A stretch of DNA of 64,000 bases from an uncultured delta proteobacterium. Lineage in GTDB: Bacteria; Desulfobacterota; Desulfobacteria; Desulfobacterales; JAHEIW01. The position numbers and the translations under genes were made by a program. Numbering within the stretch: the first letter of the stretch is position 1; every line of letters begins with the position of its first letter. This document shows, one piece after another, positions 36,601-50,200 of this stretch. Below the pieces are notes generated by a model that saw nothing but the letters and a program-made list of their open reading frames with translations, was not told the origin of the DNA and made no database searches. Location of the stretch: the NCBI GenBank assembly GCA_963706575.1, contig CAVPNL010000008.1, positions 1 through 64,000 on the forward strand. Direction: 5' to 3'.

Positions 36601-37556
36601 CTCTGGTGATTTAAGCACCGACATCACCAACTGGATCAATGACGGGGCGTTAATTGTCAATTACAGCGGCCATGCCTCATTGCAGCAGTGGGCGGCAGAG
36701 GCGGTTTTTGTCAATGCCGATGCGGGCACTTTAACCAACAGCGGCAAATATCCGTTTGTGATCTCCATGAGCTGTTTGACCGGCTACTTCGGGTACCTGG
36801 ATGCCGTCGACGGCCCGGAGCCCTCGCTGGCCGAAGCGCTGCTTGCAGCCTGCCGACAAAGGGGCCGTCGCAGCGCTGATGCCAACGGGCATGACCACCA
36901 CCGCCGGTCAGCACATATTCAACAACGCGGTCTTTGAGGCTTTTTTTGTAAACGATATCAGACAAGTTGGGACCTGCGATCGCTTCAGCCAAACAAACCC
37001 TTTTAGCCAACGGCGATGCCTATTTTGAGCAGATCAGCGCAGACCTTTTTGCTCTTTGGCGATCCGGCGCAAACCTTAAAGATCCCGCTGCCGCAGAATG
37101 CCCAGCGGGGTAAAGGCCTATTGGGAAAACAACTCCGTGCGCATTCACTGGAATGCGGCCTTGGACAGCAACGGCAACGCGGTGGCCGGCTACAATATCT
37201 ATCGCGCAAGCTCCCCGGCAGGCCCCTACAGCAGGGTCAACACCGGGCTTGTCACCGGCACCGAGTTTGTCGACGCTGACGGGGCGGTGGGCATTGATGA
37301 GGGCGAAGGAAGCGGAAGTAGCTACTACGGGGTCACAGCGGTTGACAGCTTCGGTGATGAAAGTGCCCAGTCTTTAGGCATCAGCCCGGCTTCGGTTGCT
37401 TCAGCGGCACAGGCGCCGGTGGCAGCTTGTTTTGTCGGGTCTGTCAGTCAGTCTATGCCCAAACAGGGGATCTGGTTTGTCGTGCTGCTGGCCATAGCGG
37501 TGGTTATTGCCATCAGGCGCACGGTGCACGGCAAAAGAAGAAGGACTGAGGGCTGA
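21626..37556 (+). CDS. Giant secreted modular surface protein A (~5,300 aa, reconstructed across frameshifts) with C-terminal C25 peptidase
   Basis: Signal peptide (..PAVSFA|D); Gly-rich domain; BNR/propeller-like region; Ig-like repeats; three LYRSVG/beta-helix modules ending WDIGADE; DUF2341+LamG-like; TSP3-like repeats; C25 cassette; TM tail. Consecutive fragments abut or overlap with no intergenic gaps. Confidence 0.8.
33680..37556 (+). other. C-terminal cassette of gene [12 protein letters not shown] domain, TSP3-like repeats, C25 propeptide, C25 (gingipain/PorU-like) peptidase, Fn3, Cys+TM tail
   Basis: [58 protein letters not shown] (His codon 36671); SMSC (Cys codon 36773); LLFGDP; AACFV + TM + RR. 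Confidence 0.88.
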
Positions 37557-37775
37557 GTGCTGAGGACTGAGGATCAAGGGAGTGATCCTGCGGACCTTGA
37601 TGAGCGCCTCGTTTGATGAGCGGTTCTTCGCACCTTGAGGTAGAATCCCTGAGCCCTGCTTGCGTGTCACGCCGAAGCTTTAACGAAGGGGGATGGGGTC
37701 GTCTTGTGGGGTCGAAGCCCGAAGGGTGAAGCCCCAAGCGCGGGGGCGCGAAGCCCCAAGCTTTGCGCCTTGGGC
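37545..37775. repeat. Mosaic of intergenic repeats (ctgagga-type heptamers, GAGC-hairpin unit, gaagccc motifs)
   Basis: ctgagggctgagtgctgaggactgagga; gagtgatcctgcggaccttgatgagcg; repeated gaagccc(c). Confidence 0.6.
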
Positions 37776-37878
37776 CTTCTGTATCCATTAAAATATTTTA
37801 AGAACCATTAAAGATTTTAATAGTTTCAGCAATAAAACTATAGAACAATAACAACCCTTCCTAACATAACTAAACCCC

Positions 37879-38115
37879 TCATTTTTTTCTGCAAAATACC
37901 GATAATCGTTATAGGCAAGTGAGTTTTTCAAGATGAAATTCTTCAATCTTTTAACATTATGAAATCATAACAAAAAATTGAGATACATTTTTCCAATTCG
38001 GATGGTTTCGGATGGGCAAATTGTGTCTTTTTGCACAACAATTTAGTTTGAATCTCATTGGATATTCAATCATTGCAGACTTGATTTGCCAGATTCTAAC
38101 GGCACAAATTTTGCA
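37879..38115 (+). promoter_or_regulatory. Promoter block of giant gene B
   Basis: TCAT-N15-ACCGATAA (37879-37905); ggcaaattgtgtc (38015-38027); CGGCAC-AAATT-TTGCA (38100-38115). Confidence 0.78.
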
Positions 38116-38222
38116 GATAAAACATTGAAATTTAATAAGAATTTTAAAAACTGCCGCCATGAGAGATCTGGCGAATAGGAATATTTGAAACACGGGAATA
38201 AGCAACCGGGGATTTTTGCCTG

Positions 38223-41200
38223 TTGATTTTAAACAATAAAATATGTCGGAGAGGGAATACGCGCCATTGTACCACCAGCGTGGGGTGGATCACCGCATCA
38301 CTGATTGCGGTGATGGTCGTTTTCGCCTCGAGCCCTGCTAACGCCGCGATCGGAGCTTCACTCGTAACCTCTATCGCTGACGGTACAGATACTTCCTCCT
38401 ATGACTTTCCTTCGGCCACTTACTCCAACAACGTTCTTTACATCGCCTTTACTTCCACTGCCTGCGGCAGCGGACAGAATTGCGGTCTTGGTGTAGACAT
38501 CGTCGCTGCAGTAGAGAGTGTCAGCGGGGCGGGATTGAATTTCACTGAGATCGGGACACCTGGCGGGGAGGTTTTCAGCACAAACGGTCGGCGCATCCAG
38601 GCCTGGCGGGCATTGGTCGCCAGCGGGGCCGGCACAGGGGCTGTCACGGTTACCATGCAAACCGGAACTATCTCTGCTTCAATGGGTGCGGCGATGATTG
38701 AGTTCACGGGCACTAAGACCAGCGGCACGAACGGCGCTGACGCTGTTGTGCAATGGCCCACGAACAGCGCCAGTGGAGTTAGCTCGCTTACCGTCAATAT
38801 GGCGGCTTTCGCCGATTCTAACAACAGGCCGGTCGCCTTCTTTTCGCACAGAGCCCAATCAGGCAGCGAGGCAACGACCCACGACACTGCGGAAGGATAC
38901 ACGGAACTGTATGACGGGCCTCATGACAGTGTTATGATGGCTGACATGGCCGAGTGGCATGCCACAGCGGCAAACACCACTCCCTCAGCTTCATGGACTA
39001 GCTCGGGTTCCACTGGCGGGTTTGCCCTGGAAATAGCAGAAGCAGGCGCTCCGGCGGCTGCCACCCTCACCCAGGCCCATGTTCGCTGGCGCAATGACGA
39101 TGGCGGGGAGTCGGGTGGTGGCTCGTGCGTTGCCGGGCCGACGGAGTATTCAACAGCTCAAGATTCAACGACGTACGTCGTTCCTACAGGGTGTGATGTG
39201 ATTACGGTAAAAGCCTGGGGTGCCGGCGGTGGCGGCGGAGAGTCGACCGGCAGCAATACCGGCGGATCCGGCGGTGGCAGCGGGTTTGCACAGACTGACC
39301 TATCGGTGACCCCCGGTGAAAATCTCACGGTCATTGTCGGCGGCGGCGGGCCCGGTGGAAGCAATGCCGGTGGTGACGGCGGTGGCGGCAACGGTGTTAC
39401 TGCTGCCGGTGGCGGTACCGGTGGCGATGCGGGAGATCCCGGTAGCGGCGATTCCGGCGGTGGTGGTGGCGGCGGAGGTTATGCAGCGGTCCTGCGCAGC
39501 GGCACCTATCTCGTGCAAGCCGGCGGCGGCGGCGGCGGCGGCGGCACCGGAAATAGCGCTGGGGATGGCGGCGCCGGGGGCGCTGGTGGTGGATCAAGCG
39601 GTCTTTCTGGCAGCACTGGTGGGGGCTCAGGTGGAGTCGGGGGTGGCGCGGGAACGGCCTCGGCCGGTGGCGCTGGCGGTGCCTTAAGCGGCTCCGCCGG
39701 CTCGGCAAACACCGGAGGCACAGGCGGCACCAATTCGGGTGACGATCCCGGCGGCGGCGGCGGTGGCGGCGCTGGACGTTACGGCGGCGGCGGCGGTGGC
39801 GCGGCTTCCCCTGAAACCGCCGGCGGCGGTGGCGGCGGTGGATCAGGTCTTGTCACCGGAACTAATACGTCACTGCAGCAAGGATCGGGTTCGACCGCGG
39901 CCAATACCGGCGATACAGACTACGCGGGCAATGCCGGGCAGGGGGGGGCTGCCGGAACAGATGGCAATCCCGGTCGAATTGTTATCATACCCAGCAGTTC
40001 CGGTGGTGGTGGCAGTATCAGTGAAACAGGAAGTGCAACAAATATAGGATCTAGTAGCGCTGCTTCAATTACACACGGCCTGACCATAAATGCCGATGAT
40101 GTGATCGTTGCCATGATTCATGTAAATACAGATAGCACTGATGTTTCTGACAACAATGGTGCTTACGCGTTTACAGAGCAAATCGACGAACCAAATGGAG
40201 GGACTTCAAGTCATTATGCAATTTATTCCAGGGTAGCCGGCGCTTCAGAACCCGCCAGCTATTCATGGAACCTTGGTGGTTCTTGGGCTTGGTCTATACA
40301 AATCCGTGTATTCTCCGGGGTAGATACTGCTACTGTCTGGGACGTAGCACCTTCCACGTCTACCAGATCTTTTGCAGGTTCAGGCACCACTGCAACCGCC
40401 CCAACCATGACCACGTCAACTGACGGTGCAATGGGAATCATTGCCTTCTTCTCCGATAGTTTGGAAACTTTTAGCAATCCCACCAATGGCTATGCAACGG
40501 AGGTTGAACCTGCCAGCAGCAGGGCTCAGGCGAGTTATATTCGCACATGGGCATCTGCGGGGGTAACAGGAACATCGAGTGCCACCCTCTCTGCTTCAAA
40601 TGACTGGCTGGCACATCAATTTGCATTAAAACCCGCGTCGGGCAGTGGTGCCACCTGGGCAGCCGACGAAGACACCAAGCTGACGGGCCTGGCTAAAAGC
40701 ACCACCAGGCGGCTGCGCTTCCTGGTGGACAATTCCGGCACCGCAAGCTCCGGGGCCGTTTCTTATGAATTGCAGGTACAGGAGACAGACACCTGTGGCT
40801 CGGGATCCTATACGGCGGTGGACTCCTCGACTCACTGGAACATCGTGGATTCCACCTACGTGACCGACGGCGCTGCTTCGGAAAATGTCAGCGGCGGTCT
40901 GACGGATCCGGGCGGCTCGTCCTGGGTAGCCGGTGAACTGGAAGACAGCGCAGATTCTCCCGACCCGATCACTCTAGCTGCCAGCGAATTCACTGAAATC
41001 GAGTTTGCCGTGCAGGCAACTGCCAGCGCCACAGACGGCGGGGACTATTGCTTTAAGCTGACCGACAGCGGGACCGATCTGGACAGTTATTCAAATTATG
41101 CCGAGGTTGCCCTTTCAGGGGGCAGCGGAGCAACGCTCAACCAGGCCCACGTCCGTTGGCGCAACGACGATGGTGCGGAGAGCGGTGGTTCGACCACTGC

Positions 41201-44200
41201 CGTTTCGGATTCGTTTACCGAGTCAGCCAACACGGTTCTTACATCCCATTCCCCGGATACAGGAACCGGCTGGACGGAGGTTTATGACAGTTCCCCGAGT
41301 GGTGATGATGCCACAGTAGTGGCCACGGAAGACATCGTAAGAGCAGGTTCGAGTGTAAACGACGTTGGGCAGGCTTATACGGCCCAACCTGCGCCGGCGG
41401 GTGTCGATCAGGATATCAGCATTGCTATAGATACTTTAATATCCGATACCGGAACCAAGCCTTTTGGACTCTTTGGAAGGCGCACGGATAACAGCAATTT
41501 CTACCACGTTCAGATTCTTCCAAATGAGCACAGTGAAGCCAGCGTTAAGCTCTGGAAGTTTGTAAGCAGCGTGGATACCGAACTGGGGTCCTATGATGCT
41601 ACGCTGGCAGTTGGTGATATCATTAAGCTCGAAATCAGGGACGCCACCAAAAAAGTTTATATTAATGGTGTCGAGCGAATTAGTTCCTCGGACAATTCCC
41701 TTACCAATGCGGGCACCTGGGGTCTCTATTTTGGAAATTATAATGGTGCCGGAGCAGGAGGCCACCTGCGGGTTGACTGGCGACTGGATAACTTTCTGGC
41801 CGAAGACCCTGGAGGAGGCTCAGGCGCTACCTTTAGCATAGACGAAGATACGGCGCTGACGGGTCTGGATAAAAACACCAACACCCGGGTCCGTTTCCTG
41901 GTGTCGAATAGCGGCGGTACGACCGCCAGCAACACCAGCTACCAGCTCGAGTTTGCCGAAGCAGCCACCTGCAGCTCCGGCTCCTACAGCGCGGTGCCTG
42001 CCACCGCCGGCGCAGGTGATAAATGGCAGATTGTGGATTCAACTCATTATACCGACCCAACGGCCACGGCAGATATTACCGACGGGGTCGACGACGCGCT
42101 GCCCAACCCGGGCGGTATGAGCTTTGTGGCCGGTGAGCTGAGGGATGACAACAGCAACAGCACCGGGGGAATTACCCTGGATCCGAACGAGTTTAGCGAA
42201 ATCGAGTTTACCATTCAGGCGACCAATGACGCCCTGGACGGCACCCATTATTGCTTTAAACTGACCGAAAGCGGAACGGATCTGGATAGTTATTCATATT
42301 ATGCAGAGGTTACCCTTTCAGGGACTCCTCCCAATTCAGCTCCAACCTTAACCGTCGATGAACCCGACGGGGCTGGCGATACGGTAACCGTCGGTGACAA
42401 CTACAACATCCAGTATGACCTGGCCGATACCGATGATGTTGTCACCGTTGCATTTTTACTATGATACCGACAACAGCGGACTCGACGGCACCGCCATAAC
42501 CGGCGCCTGTGCAGGCTGCAGCCGAAGGCACCGATGTCACCTGCAGCTGGGATACCACCGGCGTGACGCCCGGCAACTATTACGTTTACGGCATCACCGA
42601 TGACGGAACCAATCCCGCAGGTGAGTGCTTACTCGTCGGGACAAATTACCATTAATGCTGCTTCGGCCGCCACCCTCGATCAGCTCCACTACCGCTGGCG
42701 CAATGATGATGCGGGGGAGTCTGTTATCCCCCTGGATACGGGATCCGGAGCCGATGGCTCTGTGACGATTTCAGCATCTGAAAATATCAATACGGCTGTC
42801 CTGGGTTCCAGTCGTTCGACTTATGCGGACGGAATCCTAACCACGGTTACGGCAAATCCGACCGCAACCTCCATTAGCGTTACCGATACGACCGGTTTTG
42901 CGGCCGGCGATGAGATTTTATTGATCAACCTCCAGGGTGCCTCGGGCGATGTGGCAGATGTCGGTAACTATGAATTCCTTACCGTCGATACCGTCCCCAA
43001 CGGCACGACGATCAATGTAACATCGACGATTACCAAATCATACGACGGAACGACTTTTGCCAACCAAAGCATTATTGTCCAAAGGGTACCTCAATGGACG
43101 TCGGTGACCATCAATTCCGGCGGGACATTAACAGCCAATGCCTGGGATGGGACCAGCGGCGGGGTCATTGTCTTCAGGGCCACGGGGTCCGTTACTGTCA
43201 ACACGGGCGGGAAGATTGACGCCACCGGCATAGGCTACAGGGGTGGTGCCGGCGGTACGAGTGACGGCGGAAACAACGGCGAGTCTTACGACGGTCAGAA
43301 TGGGAAAGGCGGTGCCGATGACTCACGGGGCACGCTGGGCGGAGGCTCAGGTGAGAACTACCCAACCCAAGATAACACTACCGGCACCCGCGGCGGTGGT
43401 GGCGGTGGTGGTGAAACCGGTAGTATAGGCCAGGGTGGCGCAGGCGGAGGTGGTGGCGGCTACGGCGGCGGCGGCGGCGGTGGCGGCGGAGGTACAGATA
43501 CAGACAACTATATTTCAGGCGGCGGTGGAGCCGGCGGAACCACCGGCGATAGCGCAGGCGGCGGCGGCCACGGTGAAAACAGTGGCACCTCCGGCGATGG
43601 AGGATCTGCCGGTAACCCGGGCAACGATGGAGGCGTAAGCGTGGCCGTGGGCGGCGGTTTGGCCGGTAGCGGTACAACCACCGGCCAGGGCGGTCATTCT
43701 GAGGACGCCTCAGATTCCCCGGGCGGTGGCGGCGGTGGCGGTGGGAGCTACGGTATTGCGAACCTAACTCAGATTTTTTGTGGCTCAGGCGGTGGCGGTG
43801 GCGGCGATTCCGGTGCGGTTACGGGAGACGGGGAAACCGGAGGCGCCGGCGGGGGCATCATTTTCATCATTGCCGACACGGTTGATAATAACGCGACTAT
43901 CCAATTGCAGGGCGCGGACGGGGTAGACGCTACGGACGGGGACGGCGCGAGCGGTGGCGGTGCCGGCGGCAGTCTCTTGATCCAGGCGAACACGGTTGAC
44001 AATACTGGCGGCACGATTACCGCTGCCGGAGGCACTGGTGGAGCTGTGGATACGAATGATGACGCCGGCGGTGGCGGCGGCGGCGGCGTCGGTCGCATCC
44101 GTATCGAAGCCGATACGATCATTGGCACCAGCACCCCGGCTGCATCAACGAGCGGCACTCCTACTTCGGGAAGTAGCGCAAGCTGGGCAGCCGACGAAGA

Positions 44201-47200
44201 CACCAAACTGAACGGCCTGGCCAAAAGCGCCAACAAGCGGTTGCGTTTTCTGGTTGATAATACCGGTACCGGGAGTTCCGATGCGGTATCCTATGAGCTT
44301 CAGGTAGCCGAAAGTGCAACATGTGGCTCAGGATCTTATTCAGCGGTGGATTCTTCCACTCACTGGAACATTGTGGACTCCACTTATGTTACCGACGGTA
44401 GTGCCTCTGAAAATGTCAGTGGCGGACTGACGGATCCAGGAGGGTCCTCCTGGATGGACGGTGAGTTAGAGGACAGCGCTGATTCTACCGATGCGATCAC
44501 TCTCGGTGCTAGCGAATTCACCGAAATAGAGTTTGCCGTGCAAGCCACGGCCAGCGCGACCGATGGCGGGGATTATTGTTTTAAATTGGTTAATGCTGCC
44601 GGCGGTGCCCTGGACTCTTATACGGCGTATGCTCAGGTACGCATCGCGGGCGCGCATCTTACCCAGGACCATTACCGCTGGAGAAATGACAATGGTGGAG
44701 AGACCGCATCATCAACCGTGACCTACCAGAAAGGCGACGGTAAAGGCAGTGTTTCTGAGACGGATGATGCGACGTTGCATTCGACTAATTCTACTACAAA
44801 TTATGGCTCTGACGCTGCCCTCCTGATAGATGACACTCCTGATTTACACGCAGTTATCAAATTTCCCAATATTTTTGGTGGGGGCGCGAACCAGATTCCC
44901 CTGGGTTCAACGATCACCAGTGCCACATTGACCGTTGAAGTATTTGACCCGGGTACAGAAATAGCCGTTTACCAGGTTACTGAGAGTTGGATTGAAGATC
45001 AGGTGAGTTGGACCAACCGAGTTACCGGTACCCCCTGGTCCAATGCAGGTGCTGATGGAACCCTCTCCCATAAAGCAACAGCGGACGACACTTTTACAAA
45101 CGGCAGTAATGGTTCCAGGGATATCGATGTCATCACCAGTGTTCAGAACTGGTCCGCCGGAGAAGCGAATGAAGGATGGGTTTTTATCAACACGACTACC
45201 GGTGGTGTGGATGTAAGATCCAGCGAATATGGGACATTAGCCCAGCGTCCAAAGCTCTCAGTAACCTATGGTAGTGGTTCCGGTGCCACCTTTGCCGCCG
45301 ATGAAGACACCGCAATTACCGGTCTTGCTAAAAACACCAATAAACGGGTTCGCTTTCTGGTGTCCAATAGCGGCGATACGACCGCCAGCAACACCAGCTA
45401 CCAGCTCGAGTTTGCCGAAACCGACACTTGCAGCTCCGGCTCTTACAGCGCGGTGCCTGCCTCCGCCGGCGCCGGCGATAAATGGGAGATCGTGGATTCA
45501 ACTTATATCAGCGACGGAGAAACGACTTCAGATATCGATGACGGAGTCGACGATGCGCTGCCCAATCCGGGCGGCATGAGCTTTGTGGCCGGCGAGCTGC
45601 GCGATGACAACAGCAACAGCACCGGCGGAATTACCCTGGATCAGGATGAGTTTAGCGAAATCGAGTTTACCATCCAGGCGACCGATGACGCCCTTGACGG
45701 CACCCATTATTGCTTCAGGCTGACCGACAGCGGAACCGATCTGAACAGTTATTCATATTATGCCGAGGTTACCCTTGCGGGGGCTTCCAATTCAGCTCCG
45801 ACTGCCCCGACAACCCCTTACAGCAACGACACCAGCGCCCAGAGCGGACAGACCAATCCCAGCGGCATCACCGATCCCACCCCGGCCTTCAGCGCGATTT
45901 ACAATGACCCCGATTCAGCGGGGATATCGCCAACAAATACCGGGTGGAGGTCAACACCGCCAGCGATTTTAACGGCACGGTGATGTGGGATTCCGGCGCC
46001 TCGGGTACGAGCATGCCAGACACCACCGCAGGCAACCGCTGCCCGGACATCATCTATGCGGGCTCGGCGCTGGCCGACAGCACCACCTATTACTGGCGCA
46101 TTACCTTCTGGGACGATGGCGGCAGCCGAAGGCACGGTAAGCGCCACCCAGAATTTTACCACCGGGACGATCGCCACCACGACCCTGAGCTGGGGGGAAA
46201 ACAGCAGCCGGGACGACTTTAACGCTGTAACCGAGGATACGTATTTAGATCAGGATCAGCCCAGTTACGACATGGGCACCAACCCGCTTATTCGTGTTGG
46301 AGACGACGGCAGTCGCATCAACAGAACCCTGATAAAATATGATCTTACTGCCCTTGACGGCCTCGTCACAAGCTCCAGTCAAATCGTTTCCGCCACCCTC
46401 AAGATGAAAACCTATAATGACGACGCTGACCCTGGAAACATCGATGTTGATGCATTCAGAGTTAAAAAAGATTGGTTTGAAGGAACCAAAAGTTATGATC
46501 CGGCAGATGATGTGGATGATGCTGCCACCTGGCAATATCAGGTTTTTAACGAGACCTCGTGGACCGGCGCCGGCTGTGATGATTCAGCCGATAGAGAAAC
46601 GACTTCAGACGATGTTGAAACATTTGCTGCAGATTATACGTGGTACTCCTGGGATGTAACCGATTCGGTCAAATATTTCTTCGATACCCCATCCAGTAAT
46701 TTTGGATGGCTTTTAAAAGCGCAGAGTGAGGGGATAACCAAATATTGGCGAATATACAGCAGTGAAGCGGCTGAGGCAAACCGGCCCTATCTGGAAATCA
46801 CGATTAACGATGATCCGGCTTGCGGCTATGCTTACAAGCGGGCCATTACCATCGATCACAACGATGTCATCGGCGACAGCGGAGATACCGTGGATCTGGT
46901 TGATTTTCCGGTTGTGATAAAAGAATCCGGCACCTGGCTCAGAAACAGCGGCTACACCGACGGGCGCATCGAAAATGTTAACGGCTATGACATCATCTTC
47001 AAAGATTCCACCGAAACGCTGACCCTGGCGCACGAAATCGAGTATTATAACGAAGGTTCCGAGGCCGCCAACGGGGAAGCTGATGGCCTGGGTAAAAATT
47101 CCCACCCTCGATGCGGATGCCAATACCGTCATTTACATGTATTACGGCAACAGCTGTATTACGGCTGAGACTCAAAATAAAAACGCGGTTTGGAACGCCA

Positions 47201-50200
47201 ACTACAAGGGTGTCTGGCACATGTCTGAAGAGGTTGCCGGCACCGGGACCGCGGATCTGTACCAGGATTCCACCTCGAATGCACAGCCACGGAGATGACA
47301 ATGTGGACGCAACGGATCAGACAGGCCAGATCGATGGTGGACAGCAATTTGATGGCGTCGATGATCACGCCCTTGTTTCGGATCCAGGCGGGAGCTGGGA
47401 ATTTAGTGAAGGTGGTCTGGATGGCGGTACGAGCGATTTCAGCATTTCAGCCTGGGTGAGGCTGGATGCTTCGGGAACTGAGATTTTTCCAACCATCGTT
47501 AAGAAAGGTGGCGGTTCGGATACCGCCGGGGGGTACTGGTTCAACTATTATCTGACTGACGACACTCTGGATCTCAGGGTGTCGGATGGTACCAATCGGT
47601 TCATTGCAAATTCAAACACGGGCCTTGGCCTGGAAGGTGCCGGCTGGCACCACGTCTACTGCCGTTTTCGACCGTGAGGCCGGTACGGATACCGCCTACT
47701 TCTATCTGGATGGAAGCCCGGTGGGATCGGAGGGCTCCAGCCTGATTGCCGACAATTCAATCAATGAAGATAACGATCTTAGTATCGGTGCAAATAGAGC
47801 AAGCACCTGGAGGCCCTGGAAAGGGGAGATTGACGAAGTCCGCATAACCAACGTCGCGCGCACCGCCGGCTGGATTAGAGACTTCATTCAACAACCAGGA
47901 CGATCCTTCTATTTTTTACGGGCTGGGCGGTGAACAGTCCAGCGGCAATCAAACCCCCGCCGATCCGACGATCAACGACCACAATGACGGCAGCACGACC
48001 TCGGACAACACCCCCACGCTAGGCTTTACCCAGTCGGACCCGGATGCCTCCGAGCAGGTCAAATATCGCATCCAGATCGATGACGACGGACAACACCTTC
48101 AGTAATCTGGTGGTGGATTACACATCGGCTCTGATGGCCGAAGGGGCCGCCAGCTTCACCGTGGGTCAGGCGGCAGGATCAGGCACTTACACTGTCGGCA
48201 GCGAAAGCCAGACGCTGACAGACGGTGACTATTTTTGGCGGGTGATGACCACCGATGATGAAGCGGCTGCCAGCGGCTGGACCCAGGCGACTGCGGGCAG
48301 CAATGTCGCTTTTACGGTGGATACTAGCAGCGGGGGCGGGGCAGATGATGACTACACTCAGGACGCCGACATTGTCTCCTGGTGGTATCTGGATGAATCC
48401 TCCGGCACCCGCTATGACGGTTCGGCAGCAGCAACAATGATCTGAGCTGATACCAATTCCAACGTCAGCGCTCTACAGCACCACCGGCGCCGTCCGTCAA
48501 AGAAGGCGCTGCCGCCGCCAGATTTTGAAAACTCAGCCAGCGAAGATGCCCATCTGTAGGATTGCGACGACTCCCAGACCGGTCTTGAGCATCACCGGCA
48601 AGTCTCACCCTTGTGGCCTGGTTAGACTGGAGTCAACCGGGGATACCAGGACATTGTCGCCAAAGACGATGCTACCGGTAACAGAGGGCTATCACCTTCG
48701 TTATCAATGGGACCGGCGGGCTGAGATTTTATTCTTTCCAGACGATGGCACCAACATTACCGCTCGAGTGCATGGATCGACCACAGTGTCTGCCGGAACG
48801 TGGTATCATGCGGCCTGGCGTATAACGGCACCGATGTTCGGCTGTATCTCAATGACAGCTTTACATCAACGGGATCCGACGCAACCCCTGTATCTTACAG
48901 CGGCGGAATATATCAGCAACACGCACCGTTTACCATCGGATGCCGCAAGGGCAATGTTCAGATTTTTCGACGGGCAGATCGACGAAGTGGCGGTCTTTAG
49001 CCGGGCGCTTAACGCTGATGAGGTCAAATCCATTTACGAAAAAGGTCTTAACGGCGTCACCCGCATGCGGCCGGATGCCGCCCAGCCGCCGGTTCCCTAC
49101 TTTGGCCGCTCCATCGGCGAAAATACCGGAACGGTTTACGGCACCGGTACGGTGACGCTCAATCAGGGATCTCGGCGGGCCAGCTTCTCGGGGGCGACAC
49201 TGCCGACAAACATCGGCGAAGGTGATGTGCTCACCATTGGCGGCTCCACCTATTATATTGCCAGCCGGGAGTCGGCCACGGAAGTCATCGTCCAGGAAGC
49301 CAACATCAGCGGGGGTGATCATTCCGGTGCCGGCTATACGATTACCCGTGCTTACAGCGGCTCCAACCATACGCCTTTCACGAGCTGGGAGGATGCTCGG
49401 GATGGAGATCTGGTGACCGATGATTCCATTCAAAGGGGAATTTGCTACAAAGATAGCGATGGCGTCTTTGATTTTAGCAATGGGATAATCTTCGACGATT
49501 CTACGACCGACAGCAGCCATTTCATGTGGCTTACCGCCCATTCCAGCGCCCGCCACAGCGGGACGGCAGGGACCGGGGTTATCGTCGATGGCAGTGGTAT
49601 TGCAGCCGGCCACGGATTCAAAGTGATGAATCCCTATATGAGAATGGAGTGGCTGGAGATCAGAAACTATCCCGGTGACACATCTTCCGCCCAGCCAATC
49701 AACATGGGGTACCTTGGGGACGCCTCGAACAGCCTCCTCTCACATCTGATCATTCATGACTTTACATCGGATGATCAGAATAGGGGTGGAATCAATATCT
49801 ACAGCAGCGTCACCATTCGCAATAGCATCCTTTACAACGGGGACAGGGGAATTCGTGTTTACGAAGATGGTATTACCGTCACTTTGGATAACAACACCAT
49901 TTATAATATGACCGATGACGGAATTTACTTTACACAGCTGAGTACCGCCATTCTGAGAAACAATATTTCAGTGGGTAACGGAACGACGAGTGGCCAGGAT
50001 TTTGACATCGATGACTGCGGATGTGACGATTCATGCGAGTTCCGGAAACAATCTCTATTCCACTGTTGACGGTGGTGTCCATCCGGGCAGCAACAACCAG
50101 TCCCCGCCGGCCAGCCTTGATGATCTTTTTGTTACCATTACCGGCGGATCGGAAAACCTGCACCTGGAAGCCAGCGGCCACAATGCCCTGAATAACGGTG

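Noticed and set aside
37098..37556. T9SS C-terminal domain on the C25 proteins
   Set aside because: No YPNP/KxxxK-type CTD; the proteins end in a Cys motif, TM helix and basic residues.
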